NCBI GenBank assembly: GCA_000165425.1
Contig: CT868660.1
Span: 434,001 to 498,000 of the forward strand
Direction: 5' to 3'
Length of the DNA: 64,000 bases
DNA from: Paramecium tetraurelia
Taxonomy: Eukaryota
Part shown: positions 15,664-29,215 of the stretch, piece after piece
Layout of the letters: each line of letters opens with the position of its first letter
Position numbering within the stretch: position 1 is the stretch's first letter
Made by a program: the position numbers and the translations under genes
Notes under the pieces: generated by a model
Told to the model about the DNA's origin: nothing
What the model saw: the letters and a program-made list of their open reading frames with translations, nothing else
The model's database searches: none

Positions 15664-18600
15664 TCATGTTTGAGAGTTCATTTAATTATGAAATATATTT
15701 TATTATGTCAATTTATAATATTTTCATATGCTCCTTATAATTAAGTCGATGAAAATGGGTAGGTGGAATTCTTCCAACGATCAAAGTTGAATAAAGATTA
15801 GATTATATTCAAATTTGTTTTCATAAATTTAGGACATGCTTAAGCAACTAAATAAATAAAAACTGGCAGTGTTCCATCTTAGCCAGGATTATCATCGATT
15901 CCAGATATCTTCAATAACTAAGTTGTGTTACTCAAACAATCCGAAATCATTTGTAATTTCTCAATAGGAGTCATTACTTAATCAATCTATCTAAAAGCTA
16001 ATCACATTATATCAATATATACATTCACTCATTTTCTATAACATAGGCAATTCTGATAAGCAAATCTTAACTTCTTATTATTCTTCTAGGTGCTTCAATT
16101 TCTATTGACATTACTCGATAAAATGCTAATCTTCTTTAATCTCGTTAATGGTACAATATTTCATCATAATTCTGCGTACAATTGACTTTTCTACTGTTTC
16201 AAAACATAAATCAACATATTGATTATTTTTTTTTAGGTTTTAATTTTATGGGAAAAATGATTATTATTATAACTTTTCCTCCACTAACTTCATATAGTTC
16301 TAAAACAGTTTTGAGACTCTAAAAGATTAGAATATTTATATATTACTTCTCTATGTAATCCTAATCTCCTTCTAAGGCAAGTTGCAAATGCTTCAATCCA
16401 CTTAATATATCGATAAAGTCTCTTATACTCTAAAATGGCAATTCCAACTATAATTAATTCAGATCTGCTCCATTCACAATCTATAAAAATTATTACTTTT
16501 CGTTATCCTTTGGATCTAAGGATTTAGTTTTAGATGAGTCTTAAATTGGAATCAAATTCATTTATCCATGCCTAAAATTCAACAAACATGGAATCTTAAT
16601 ATTTTTTAAAAAATGGGTTAATTTTTTTTTTAACTCAATTGTTTTTAACATTTTGTTCAAAGATTTAATTTCATTTCTCTCAGTTTTAAGTTGAGTTATA
16701 ATTTTCAGGAATGCTTCTAACATTGCCTTTTGTTCTATATAAGAAACAAAGAGTACTTACGATTTTTAGCATAAGTAACTTTCTAATCAAATTCTTAAAT
16801 CATTTCTTGGCATAAAAGTGATAGATTATTGCTAGTGTATTGATTTGGAATCATCTTATAAATAGAAAGCAAATAATTCGCATATAATTAAGGCGAAATA
16901 TTCTCATACTGTTTAATTACTTACCCCTTATTTTCATAAGACTAAATTACATAACTTAAATTACATCTTTATACATATATATTAGATTGTCAAAGCTGAG
17001 AATTATATTGTTCCTTAATTTAGCCAAAAGGGATATTCTTTCAATGGAAATTAAAAATTAAGCAACAACTTATTTGGCTTTTGAAATAAACAACAGTTCT
17101 TCTTTGTCTTAAGCGCTGAACTTCTCTGTGAATTTAAAAGCAATATCAATATAATTGACATTATACAGATCAGATAGTCTATGTACTGCAAAATGCATAT
17201 TATTTGCAGGTACTTTCTAACCTTTCCATTGAACAACATTATTCATATAATCACTTCCCAATTTCAAATTATATCGCATTATATTCTCTGCCAATTCCCT
17301 TAGATCTGTGTATCTGGTTAGTTGTTTACCTCCTAATGAACCATCAATCCTTGATTTTGATATTGAATTTAATAAAATTTATAAATCTGAAATGGAGAGT
17401 AAATAGGAGATGAAGGGTTTGTCAGTTTTTTCTTTGATATAAAAATTCAATTGAGTTTGAGGGAGTTCAATTAATCCTTTGAAATAATTTAAAACATTTT
17501 CACTTGTTAATGTAATTTTGAGACCCTCAATTATTTCTCCCTTCCAGACATTCAATAGGATTTTACTCACTACTGCAATATTATTAGTTTGGTATTATGA
17601 TGACTCTAATTATTATTAATTAAGAAACATCGCTGTGAATTCAGGTAAAACCCATTTATTGATCAGGAATTGAATTAGCAAACTAAATAGTTCCTCTTAT
17701 TTATAAGATTAATAAAGGACTTTAAAGATTTGGTACTACAGTCTAAATAAGGCTCTCATTATAAAGGGTAGATTATGTAAACTATTTATGATGTTGTCAC
17801 AAATCGAGTTAACAATCATCTCAGTCACTTTGCGTCTATCATATAATATCTTAGCTGTTTCCTCTACTAATTATGGGTCTACTAACCTCTATAATGGTGT
17901 TTGACAATATGATTAAATTGAGGGACTAATTTATTCAATTATTTCATTAAGTAACGAGTCAGGAATTTTAGTTCTTCTCACATTCTCATAAACATTAATA
18001 TCTTTATTCTCTTGTGTTCCCTGCATTAAAATGGGAAGAATATTAAACATTATTTTCCTTGCTTTATTCTCCTGTTTTAATTTCAGTAGTTTTGCAGACT
18101 CTTTGCTTTCTTTCAATTTCAACTACTATTCATAAATACTATTATTCATATTGACATATAATACATCTTAGGATTTAATTCTAACTCTTCTTTCACATTC
18201 ATTAGTAAGTTTAATGCTTATCCACATATTTACTGTATATATGATTAACATAATGGTCCTTTGCTGAATCCTATAAGAAATTTGCAAACTAGATTGGTTT
18301 TATCTTGAAACAACTCTAATGGATTTTTAAGATTGATTAATTCTAATTTTAAGAGTTCGCTTAATAATTTAAAAACTCCTTCTTAAAGGCCAGCCCCTAC
18401 AATGGGATCATAAAGGAATGTTAGAATATCAAATATAAACTCATCCAAATTATGAGCACCAATATCCAAAGATGAGTGAATCAATTACGCAAAAAGTTCT
18501 TGGTTTTCCATCAACAGAAATAAAAACTTTTGTATCTCAAAATGAACATTCTCAAATTTGTACCCTAATAAACATTGTATTTGATTATAATTATTTGTTT

Positions 18601-19128
18601 ATTGTTGATTGTACAATCTACGCAAGTCCTTATATCGAAGCTACGTCTTGTAATACTTCTCCACTGTATTCAAGAGAATCTAAATGCGCTCATTCTTAGT
18701 TTCATTTTCTAATTTGCAATTGCCACAAAAGTACCCTTATTAAGCAAATTATATTGCAATTAAAGATTCTCCTATAAGCAATTCCATTGAAGAATTGTAT
18801 CTGAATTAAATGATTGCCTTTTTGATAGCTTAAGATGATTCGAATCTTTTATCTGTGCAATACTCACATCACTTTGGTCCTCCTGCATTTCGAACATTTC
18901 TTTATATAATCTGATTTAATTTTAATTTATTAAAGCCTAACTAACAATATTCTCCAAATATTCACTTGGTTCCTATTCAAAATAATGAATAGTATTACTA
19001 TTGAAGACATCGCCTATTTTTAGAAACCTTATCTTTTTGGATATTCTCTGAAATAAAAATTCAAATATGCAGAAATAATAAATTTCATTCTACATAATGT
19101 TAGAAGTATTGCAAACCCTTATATCCAT
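15664..19128 (-). CDS. RasGAP-fold plus VPS9 (Rab5 GEF) domain protein, GAPVD1/RME-6-like architecture
   Basis: RasGAP-like: LELINLKNPLELFQD, SLHNLPFIMRALFR, QFLINKWVLP. C-terminal VPS9: TPIEKLQMISDC..PGQDGTLPVFIYLVAQACP..TNLNII. Confidence 0.7.
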
Positions 19129-19513
19129 ATTGAAGCAGTAAGAAATTTAAAATCTGAAACTGGATATAAATATAATTAACGATTTTTTTAATTGAAAAGA
19201 GTTTTAAATCTACTAGATCTAATAAGTGAAGAAAAATTAGATAATTTTGATTTATTAATATGATAATTTATTTATTTTGAAAATTCTAAAATATTATGGG
19301 GTATTTGGATATATACATTTAGCATTTTTAAGTTTAGTATATGAAGATTTATTTGAATTTCTAAAAAGTACAAAATTGCAAGAAAATAAATTTACGGAAT
19401 GTTCCTTTTCTAATTCTTTAAACGATTTAATGATATTGATAATAATACACTTTCTTAGTCTCCTTCTACTAAAAAAGTGTATTATTCATTTTAAAAAATA
19501 AATTGATTAATTT

Positions 19514-20741
19514 ATGTTATTGACAAGAGAAAATATTGAATTTTATACTCAAAGGAGAAAACAATATTGTGAAGACTTCTTAAAGCTAACGAATCAATTC
19601 AAACCAAAATTAGAGTTATTATAAAAAAAATTGATCGCTTCAAAGTAGGGAATAGATGGCCCTAGTAAATCAATTCCTCATTAACAAAAGATCAAAAAAG
19701 TCAATAAGGTTTTAGCATCTCTATCGAAATCTAAAGAAGTTCAAAGCAAGATTGATAAAGAAATGATTCGTTGTTCATGTCAATATAAATTGGATGAAGT
19801 TCCTAATTGCAAGTATTGAATAATGTAAATTTAGTTTCAATTACTCATAAACTTGTAATAAGATACAATAGGCAATGATACCTTTGATACAAAATCTTCA
19901 AATTTAGATTAAGGATAAGCAAGAGGAGATTATTGGCGATTAAGATTGTGCTGATTTGTATATAAAAGTAAGTTAAACAACTTTATTAAGAGAGATGAGT
20001 TCCAAAAGATGAAGCACAAATCAAAGAGATTGCAATAGATTATAGAGAAATTGTAGATAATGGAGTTAAAACAAGAAGAAAAGGTGTATCGAGAAAGTAT
20101 TAAGAAATTGGAGAAATTTGATCAAGCTGAAGATTATGATGAAACTCTACCATATTCCAAGAAGGCTCTAATGTCAAAAAGGAAACTAGAAGCACAAATA
20201 TTACTGGATGAAGAAAGAAATTAGAGAAAGTAGTTTGAAAATGAAAGGATTTAAGAAGCTATCGAGGAATAGAAATAAAAATATCAATCTTTAGATAATA
20301 AGATAAAAACCCATTATCGAAAAATGGGCCTATAGAAGAGAAAATTAGAAAGTATGAGTGACCTTAGAGAATACATAAACGATTGTAGAACCAATTCATA
20401 AATAAAATTGGATTTACAAAATAATTAAAAACAATAGTAACTAAAAAGCATTTTAAATGCTGATAAAAAATTTTCAATAACATTATTTTCAACCCAAATG
20501 AATTCTTAAAATATAACGTATTATTTACTATTTATAATTAAGTCCTATTGCTGGTGAGCTTAATGGGTTAACTGCTCCCATCATAAGCAATGTTAATACT
20601 CAAAGGACTATAATAAATAATTTTGGAAAGAAAACATCTCAAAATTTCAACAAGATAAAGAGAAGATATCATACCCTAGGATAAAGATTAGAAAATGGAT
20701 CCAATTTTGATTTTTAAGATAATAAATTAATCTTATTATGA
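19514..20741 (+). CDS. Hypothetical coiled-coil protein
   Basis: Starts MLLTRENIEFYTQRRKQYCEDF; open in table 6 with ~3 short introns; ends DNKLILL* (TGA 20739-20741). Confidence 0.6.
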
Positions 20742-22243
20742 TCATGATTATTAAATTTGACACTTCAGACAATTAACTGATTGATTTGTTGGAAAAACTA
20801 CCAAGTAGATTTCTAAACAATTCATACAATATCTATAACTTGGGATTGAGATTCTAGGTGGGTGAAATTAATAACCATGACATTATGTGCAAGGATAAGC
20901 TTTGTTACAACATGAGAAAATTGGAATAGTGTTGCAAGGTAATCTGTGAGGACAATCTTAAGAGTATAAAGTGTGTGGAAATGTTCTTAATTATTTTTCT
21001 CTTTCAATTTCTTTCTCTTTTTTCTTCAACTCTTCTTTTAATTTGATTTATTCTAGTTCTTTTTATTTTTATTCTTTTTTTATTTGAATTAATTGTTATT
21101 TCTAAATTTCTGTCTATTTTTTTGCTTCCTCTTATTTTTGAACTTCAATCTTCCTTTCTTCTTCTTAAACTTCATTCATTATCAATTAAAAAGGCTTAAA
21201 TTGTTCAAGATACTTTTCCTGTTTTTATGCTAAAATCTAGAGTTTTTATTATGCATATTCTTTTCTTTATTTTGAATCAATAATTTAGATTTTGTTATTG
21301 TCTCCTAAGGCTGTGTTTAATTCAAATTCTAATTGTTCTCTGAAATCATTCCAAGATTATTGAACTTAATCACCTTTTGATGTAAGATACTTTTCAGATT
21401 CGTTGATAATGTATTCAACTTCGGACAGATGTTTACCTTAAATAAAACTTAAACTCTCTGTAAGTTCTTCTTAGGTCATGTCAAAGATATTTTTGCTGCT
21501 CAAGTAGTTTACTCTATTTTGAAGATCTCTTTCTAAAGGTTGCCAAGACAATTCCTCATCAATTGATTTGATTACATTATCTTCTATCTATTATAATCTT
21601 TCTTAAACATTTATTCTCAATTTCTCGAAAAAGGTTCTTACTTAAGTAATTTTATCAGGAACTCGCATAATCTAATTACAGAGATCATCAAACTAAGATA
21701 TAATCAAATATTGTATTTACTTGTTGTCGTCTGTCATCGAATATTTTGCAAAATGTTTATATTTCCATATTTTGAGATGCATGATTACCATGTTATTCAA
21801 TTTAACAATAAGAACAACCTAACCTATTATCTGCTTCACAATTTGGATATTGACAAATGAAGACCATCTTATTCTTCTCATGAGAAGTTTTGGTGCAAAT
21901 AGCTTCCATTTTCAGTCCTAACATTTTGATGATCGATCGTTCATGCATAGATTGAAGTTATTGCTTTGATATGATTTGAGAAGGTCTTTTTTACAAAGTT
22001 CTAGTTGGAGAAGGAGGATAAGGAAATGTTTTAGAGCTAATTATTGACTCATATCTCACCTAACAGACTGACAATGACCAACAGGACTATTAGAACTACG
22101 AAATGATTATTATGATTTCGACATTTCTAACTGCAGTTGGCTGCCAGTCATCTGGTCTTGAGTTTAATTTGCTTTCTTTTTAGGGCTTGATGAGTTTTAT
22201 GAATTCAATGAGCTTCTCCTTAGATATTGCGGTGTTTTAGCAT
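20742..22243 (-). CDS. B-box-like finger, coiled coil and C-terminal CHY-type zinc finger protein
   Basis: Ser-rich N-terminus, CTKTSHEK..FICQYPNC..LGCSYCQIEQHGNH, coiled coil, then CPHRLPCNTIPIFSCCNKAYPCTQCH...YCMNC...CLKC. Confidence 0.7.
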
Positions 22244-22292
22244 ATTTAAGTTAGGATTTTTGCATATTAATTTAATTTGCGGTCGATTTGAG

Positions 22293-25200
22293 ATGAAACA
22301 AACAAAAGAAGAAAGTGTAAAATTGTATTTAGACTTCTATGACAAATATACTTGGCCCCTAGAGATAGCTGAGACTTTACTAGAAGTCAGACAATATCTT
22401 ACAGAATCCACAATATTGTCCCTCTTTCAAAATTTCTACTTTTCTCATAAAGGATAGCGAATCAATGAATACAGTGAATTTTCCATTCCAGATGGAGGAA
22501 AGTTGCAAGTTTTATTAGGTACAGGTTTTCAACAATCAAATAGATGAGTTTAATGAAAGAACAGCCCGATTCCATTTAAGAAGAGTCTAAGAAATTATTG
22601 CCAATCTCTCGCATTATCAATATCTTTGCAAGGGAAAAAATTAAAATGAAGATTCATTATCACTTAAAGAAATAGGGGATTTGCAATTAAATGACATCCT
22701 CCAACCAGCTATCAAACCAACTTTACTCTTAAATGATGACAATAAGGCTATTAAATAGAACGTGTAATAATTGGGGCTGTCCTCTTTCAATCCCCCTCCT
22801 CTTTCGCGAAAATTAAAGGGTATTGGACACAACAATAATTAGGTGATCTCTTTTATATTGTCCTTAAAACCATTGAATCAGTTGAACTAATAATAACAGC
22901 CTCCAATTTAGGGTTTTATGTCAATAGTTCCTAAGGGAGAACATTTGAGTCAACCCAAAAAAGCGATTGCTACTACAATTTGATAGATTTGATTGTGGAT
23001 CACAGTCCCTCATTTAAGTAAAACGATCCATTTACATAAATTTAGAAAGGAATTAATCAATGCAATCCCAGAGTAATAAGAACCTGCATTACCAGCTACA
23101 ATAAAATATAATCATAAATGGTTATCAGTACAAGAGGTTCCTTTGACTTTAGATCATTAAAGAAGTGAGAGTTGGGCCTTGGATTTACACGGATTTGATG
23201 TCTCAAGTTTGAGAGATTGGAATGAAGAATTGCAAGTCTTTCGTTCATTGCCTAAAATGGATTTAATTTAAAAATTGAATAGAGACAAAGCTTTATCTAA
23301 GGTTTATGGAGATTTTGTAGAAGCTGCAGTAAGAGGAGCTTGTGCTGTTGTTGATAAAATTATCCAACCTTTAAATCCCATGGATATCGAATGCTAATAA
23401 GTTTACGTTTATAATCAGATATTCTTTAGTTTTGCTATGGAAACACCAGAAGATTTTAGAGTATTTAAAATTATATAAATTAAAGTAAGAAAGTGGTCCT
23501 GATGCTACACCAACAGTCTCAACAACTAATTGCGATTTTAGAAATTTGTAGATTCTCCATAAATTAGACATTCCTGGATTAAGTGTTTTGAATACTTGTT
23601 TAGTTGATTATAAAGGGAGACGAGTTATTGCATAGTCTATTATACCAGGAATTCTCAATAGTGATCATAGCAATTGCACTTAATATGGCTCAATTGATGA
23701 TGGAAAGACCATTCAAAAATCTGAAGAATTTCACAAGGTCATGTCAAAAACATGTGAATTCTTCCATCTTGAAACTGATATTGTATTTCTTGATGGCAAC
23801 CAACAAAAATACTCCATGGCTGGAAGCATAGAAGTCAAAGGTATCATGGGATCAGATAAAAGAATGTATTTACTCGATCTCCTAAGATTATCTCCTAGAG
23901 ATTATAATTATTAGGGTGATAATAATTAATGTTGTGTGTTAAGATATGAGTTACTTTAAAATTATTGGGTTGTTAACACTATTTAAAAAATTAAATAAAA
24001 TAACAGTGATGACCCAAAAACATAACAAGAAGCATATTAGAACATCTAAAATCTATTGATTGGCAATCCAAAAGAAGGATTAAAATTAAATCCAGCTTTG
24101 GGTACTAAGACAATATTATAATCATCAGAGAAATTGACATAATAGGAGGAGGATTTAAAAAAATTGGCTACATTCCTATTAAATTAAGCAATTCCTCAAT
24201 TGATTTAAGAATTATCATAACCAGAAACATCAAGACACTCAGATCTCAGTATTTCAGACATTTTTCATTCTCATGGAGTAAACATGAGATATCTAGGAAA
24301 AGTAATTAGTTTTATTCGCTCCGAAGAGTAACCCTCTTTAAGACTTACTTTGGAAAGAGTGGTCTTTGCTAAGACTTTGAAACACATCTTTAGAGAATCA
24401 ATGAGAAAAGCTCCACAGAACCAATTATCTTAAGTTTTGTGTCATCTTTTAAATATCATTTTCTCAAATTCAAATCCTTCTGTTGCTAATAATAAATAGG
24501 AAGATAAGAAGAAAAAGAAGAAAAACAAAAACAAAAGTACTTAAAATGGCGATAAACCTCACTTTAAATGTTTAATTCAAGCAAATAATTATTAATATCC
24601 CACGTATTAAGAGGTTTGGGATTAAATTAATAAGATAGCAGAAGCAAGATATCAACACAAAATAGACTCATCTATATTGAATAAGAAGGGGTTCCATAAA
24701 TTATCTTGTTTAAGAGAATTGTGTTAATAAATAGGATTACAATTGGTTGCTCGAGACTACCATGATTTCTAACCTTCTGATATTGTGGGAATACAGCCAA
24801 TAATCAAGTTCATAGAATAAGTATCAGAAGATGCTAAAAATAATATAGAAATTGGTCAAAAGTACATGCTTGAACATTAAAATCTTCATCAAGCATTAGA
24901 ATCTTATCTTACAGCATCTCAAATAATATTAAATTTACATGGTTAGATGCATAAAGAATTAGCAAACTGTTATTCCAAGATTTCAGCAGTCTATTTGAGA
25001 AAATAGGAATATGATGCAGCCATACATTTCCAAAAGCAAGCCATTTAAATTTATACAACAATTTATGGTTATGATCACCCTTTGACTGTCTAAGCCATTA
25101 CAGCTTTGTCTTTATATTATTTTTCCACTAAAAATTATAAAGAAGCATTCAATCATATGTTGCATACCTTATACCTAGCCAATTTGATTGGAGGGGAAGG

Positions 25201-25875
25201 CTAAGAAGTGTTTAATCAATATACAAATTTGTCCTTGCTTTATTCAGAAAGTGGTTAACATTAAAGTGCTCTTAATTGTTTATTTGAAGGACTAGAGAAG
25301 TGTGAATCATTATTTAAATCCTTTTAAGGGCAAGAAACTTAACAGTATAAATTAAGAGTATCTGGATATTATTCAGCAATTGCCTTAGAACACGGCGAAA
25401 TTGGAGACTTCTAAAAGGCAGTTGAATTCTAAGAAAGAGCGTCTGATCTATTAAAGAGAGTAATTAAATGTATTAACACTAGACACTCAAACCAGAAGAC
25501 ACAAGAGTCAAAGAAGCAGATGCTCTATTAGCTAACTTAAAAAAGGCTTTGAATGAAAAAAGAAAGGACACTCAATAATCAAATTTAGGTATTAGTATCT
25601 TTTATATAATCAATAGACAGCAGAAGATAATTTGGTACCAATCGCAATTAGTAATTAAAAACAGAATAGTAAACCTAATAAATTTCAGAGGAAACATATA
25701 TAGAAAGTGATAAGGTATTAATAATCTAAAATAATAGGAAAGAGAAGCTTTATTATAAAAATTAAGAGCAGCAAAATAAAGCATGAAATTCAAGAATAAG
25801 AATTAAATGGATATCAATCGATACATTCTTGCCTAATAACTTTATAGACAATAACAGTAATAATAAAAAGAATGA
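22293..25875 (+). CDS. CLU1: Clustered mitochondria protein (Clu1/CLUH) homolog
   Basis: RDWNEELQ..DFVEAAVRGACAVV, DYKGRRVIAQSIIPGIL, KGIMGSDKRMYLLDLLRLSPRD, HSHGVNMRYLG, C-terminal TPRs (YGYDHPLT). Confidence 0.9.
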
Positions 25876-25930
25876 ATGATAACTGTGATTATTATGTATT
25901 TGTTTAATATTATTTATTAATTATAATCAC

Positions 25931-27282
25931 TCATCCTTGTGGATTCTAATATAAATTTGTTGGCACTTTAGGACTTTTAAAATAGACTTGATAGAAGTTA
26001 ATCTTTCTTAAGAATTGCATCAGTGGAATAATTAAATCTGAATGTAACTTATAACTAATATGATCCATGTCTTCTGCCAAATGTAATATACATATTTGAG
26101 CTTAGCAATTTTCTATTTATACTAATAAACTTTACCCTATAATCTTTAGGCTTATTAATAAGGTATCATATCGTCTTTCTTCCCATGCAAAATAAAAGTT
26201 GGAGATGTGACATCATTTATATTTTGTAAATTGTTGAATCTTTGTCTAATCAAATGCTGCACCCATGTTCCTACAAACCTAATATAATCCCGAACCGCAT
26301 CCTTCAGAGAGGTAAATGGAGACATTAAAACCAAACAACCAGGCTTGTGTTTGCTTGCCAAGTAAGTTGCAGGACCTGAGCCTATGGATCTTCCAAAAAT
26401 CATAATTGAGTTTTCTTCGTATCCTATTTTTTTTGTCAAATAGTTATAAACATAATCGGCATCATTTTATATGGCTTCAGCAGAAGTTTAAACATTGTTG
26501 TATTTTCCATACCCTGGATATTCTACTGCCAAAACTGAAATCTTTTCTTACTATGATATAGTGATACTTACAAAACATTACGAAGATGTATCAAAAATGC
26601 ATATGATTATGTGATGTCTTCGGCATTCCCGTGAAAATACACAATGATATTTGATGAATTCTCATATTTAATAAGCAAACAAGGGATGTATCCAATAATG
26701 CTTCCATCTCTTTTGCATAATTTTTTCTATTATAAGATTATATCCGATTTTTAATTGAATTGAAGGAAATGAGGAGAACTTCTACTTGTAGTTTCTCTTT
26801 TTTTAGCGCGCATGAACTAATTTTATTAAATGCTGCTAATTTTTGTTTTTCCGATGTTGTAAACAGATTCCTAATTTAATTTTGATAATTTGTCATGTAA
26901 ATCATCTTCATAATCGACTAAATCGAATTCTGGTGATCCTATTTCCTTTTCTTAATACTCAAAATTTTCAACTAAATTTTATTAATCAGCTAGACCTCTG
27001 TGGATATTTGGGAATTAAGGTATTGGTTGTTTTTAAAAATCTCTATCATTTTATAAATTTTTACTATTAATCATCTATCAAGGCTAATTATTCTTCTTCT
27101 GCTTGTTGAGTGGACTGTTTCACAAAGACAACTAAATTTTTCTTTGTTTTTCTTTTGACATAATTCTAAAAATTAGGATAAAGTGCTGAATGCTTTGGTA
27201 TCCATAAGATTCTACCCTCATCAAAGTGCCCAATATCTAACGTTTCTTTAGGAGCAGGAAAGAAAATGAAATCCAAGTCCAT
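25931..27282 (-). CDS. ABHD17-like alpha/beta hydrolase (serine hydrolase/depalmitoylase family)
   Basis: Starts MDLDFIFFPAP; YFHGNAED, EYPGYG, FGRSIGSGPA nucleophile elbow, ILHGKKDDMIP, late His (MDH). Low-complexity insert after the N-terminus. Confidence 0.85.
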
Positions 27283-27891
27283 TTAGTTATTTAATAATAA
27301 TTAAACATTAAAACTGACCTTATTAATTTTGTCAGCAACCTGAATTGACTTTTAAATGAGAATTTAAATAATCGTTAGAAAATATCAATATTTCATATTG
27401 AATTGGCTTTATTTTATTTGTTATTCAATACTTGAATAAACCTAAATAAATTTGTATTATGAGAATATGTTGAACTATTCTCTAAAGCTATATAATTATT
27501 CATTTAATCAAAATGAATATTAAGATATAAAAATATTTGTTTTTTAATTTGAGTTAGAAGTTCAAAGAATAATTAAAGAAAAAAGACTTGAGAAATCAAC
27601 TAACATAAAAAGGTCTATGTAATGGTAATAATTTAATTACAAGGATAACCTAAATATTAATTATTATTATTATATTTGAATTAATATCAAAATAGCAAAC
27701 GAATTCACTCCTTTTACAATTTGATCATTAAACATTAGGCATGTTAATATTATTCTTTATTTTTATTATGTTAATATAACCTATATGCTATAATTCATAA
27801 ATTTGTTATCCTCGTTATTATATGTTCGTGTTCACATATTAAACAAATTTCTTGTTTAATATTGGTTATTTCGTAATATTTGATAAAATAA

Positions 27892-29162
27892 ATGATAAAA
27901 GCTTCAGAATTTTTGCTAAGTTAAAATCAAGCATTATTGGCCAATTTTTCCGAGCTAAGAGCAGACCCTAATCATGCTAAACCAATGATCTAATTTATGA
28001 AAGGGGATCCAACTGAATTTGGGCACGAGCATTGCAAGATGAGTTAGATAGGCTATGATATCGTTAAATCTGAGATACCTAAATCTTAAAATCACTCTTA
28101 TTGTCATTCAACAGGAACTCAAGTAATGTTTAAATTAACAATAGCCTGCCAAACAAGCAGTGGCTAAACATTTTGGACATGGAAAGAATATTACAGAAAA
28201 TGAAGTAATAATAACGCAAGGAGTGAATTAAGGATTGTTTTATTGTTTGTTGGGTATTTGTGATCCTGGTTAAAATATCCTTGTTCCTGAAATAGGGTTT
28301 CCCTTTTTTGATGGAATTGCCTAAGCATATTAAGTTGAGGTATAATAGATGACGTATTATTTTAGGTCAGAAAATATAAATTATAATCAGATAATAATTG
28401 GTAAATTGATTTTGAGGATTTGAATAGCAAATTAGATGTCAACACAAAGTTTTTATATGTGATTAACCCTTCCAATCCTTGCGGTTCTGTATTCTCCAAG
28501 GAACATGTTTAGGAAATAATTAATTGGGCAAATTAGAATCATGTATTAATAGTTGCTGATGAAATATATTATGGAATGTCCTTTGGAGATTTTGTTTCCT
28601 TTGGTGAATTGGCAGATGAAGGTCCTATCATTTGTTTGGGAGGAATGGACAAGTTATTCTTCACTCCAGGGTGGTAAGTATCATGGATGATATTTTATGA
28701 TAAAAACAATCATGCAGATGCAATAAAATAAGCAATGTTTAATTTATGTCAATTGTTATTGCATGCAAATGTATTTGTCATGAATTCTCTACCTTAAATT
28801 CTAGATCAATTAACAATATTTTATGCCAGAGATAAGATGATACATTTCAAAGAAAATCATGATTTTTTAATTTAAGAATTAAATCAAATAAGAGGTTTCA
28901 AATGTATACCTGCTTAAGGAACAATTTATTTAGCTGTTCTAATTGATTTGGAAGTATTAAAAGTTAAAAATGATACTGAATTTGCTAAAAAATTACTTTT
29001 AGATTAGAATTTAATGCTATTGCCTTTATCTTGGAATGGAACCGATAAGTATTAAGGAGTAAGGTAATAATTTTAAATATAAAAAGAATGCTTACCATAG
29101 CAACTAAAGATGTTTATATCGAAATGATCGCAAGATTAAAAGAGTTTGTAAGCAGATTGTGA
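27892..29162 (+). CDS. TAT: Tyrosine aminotransferase-like (class I PLP aminotransferase)
   Basis: [48 protein letters not shown] (PLP lysine). 3 short introns. Confidence 0.85.
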
Positions 29163-29215
29163 ATTTATTTACATTTATATTCAGGTTTGATAATCATTAT
29201 CTTATTATTTCAATT

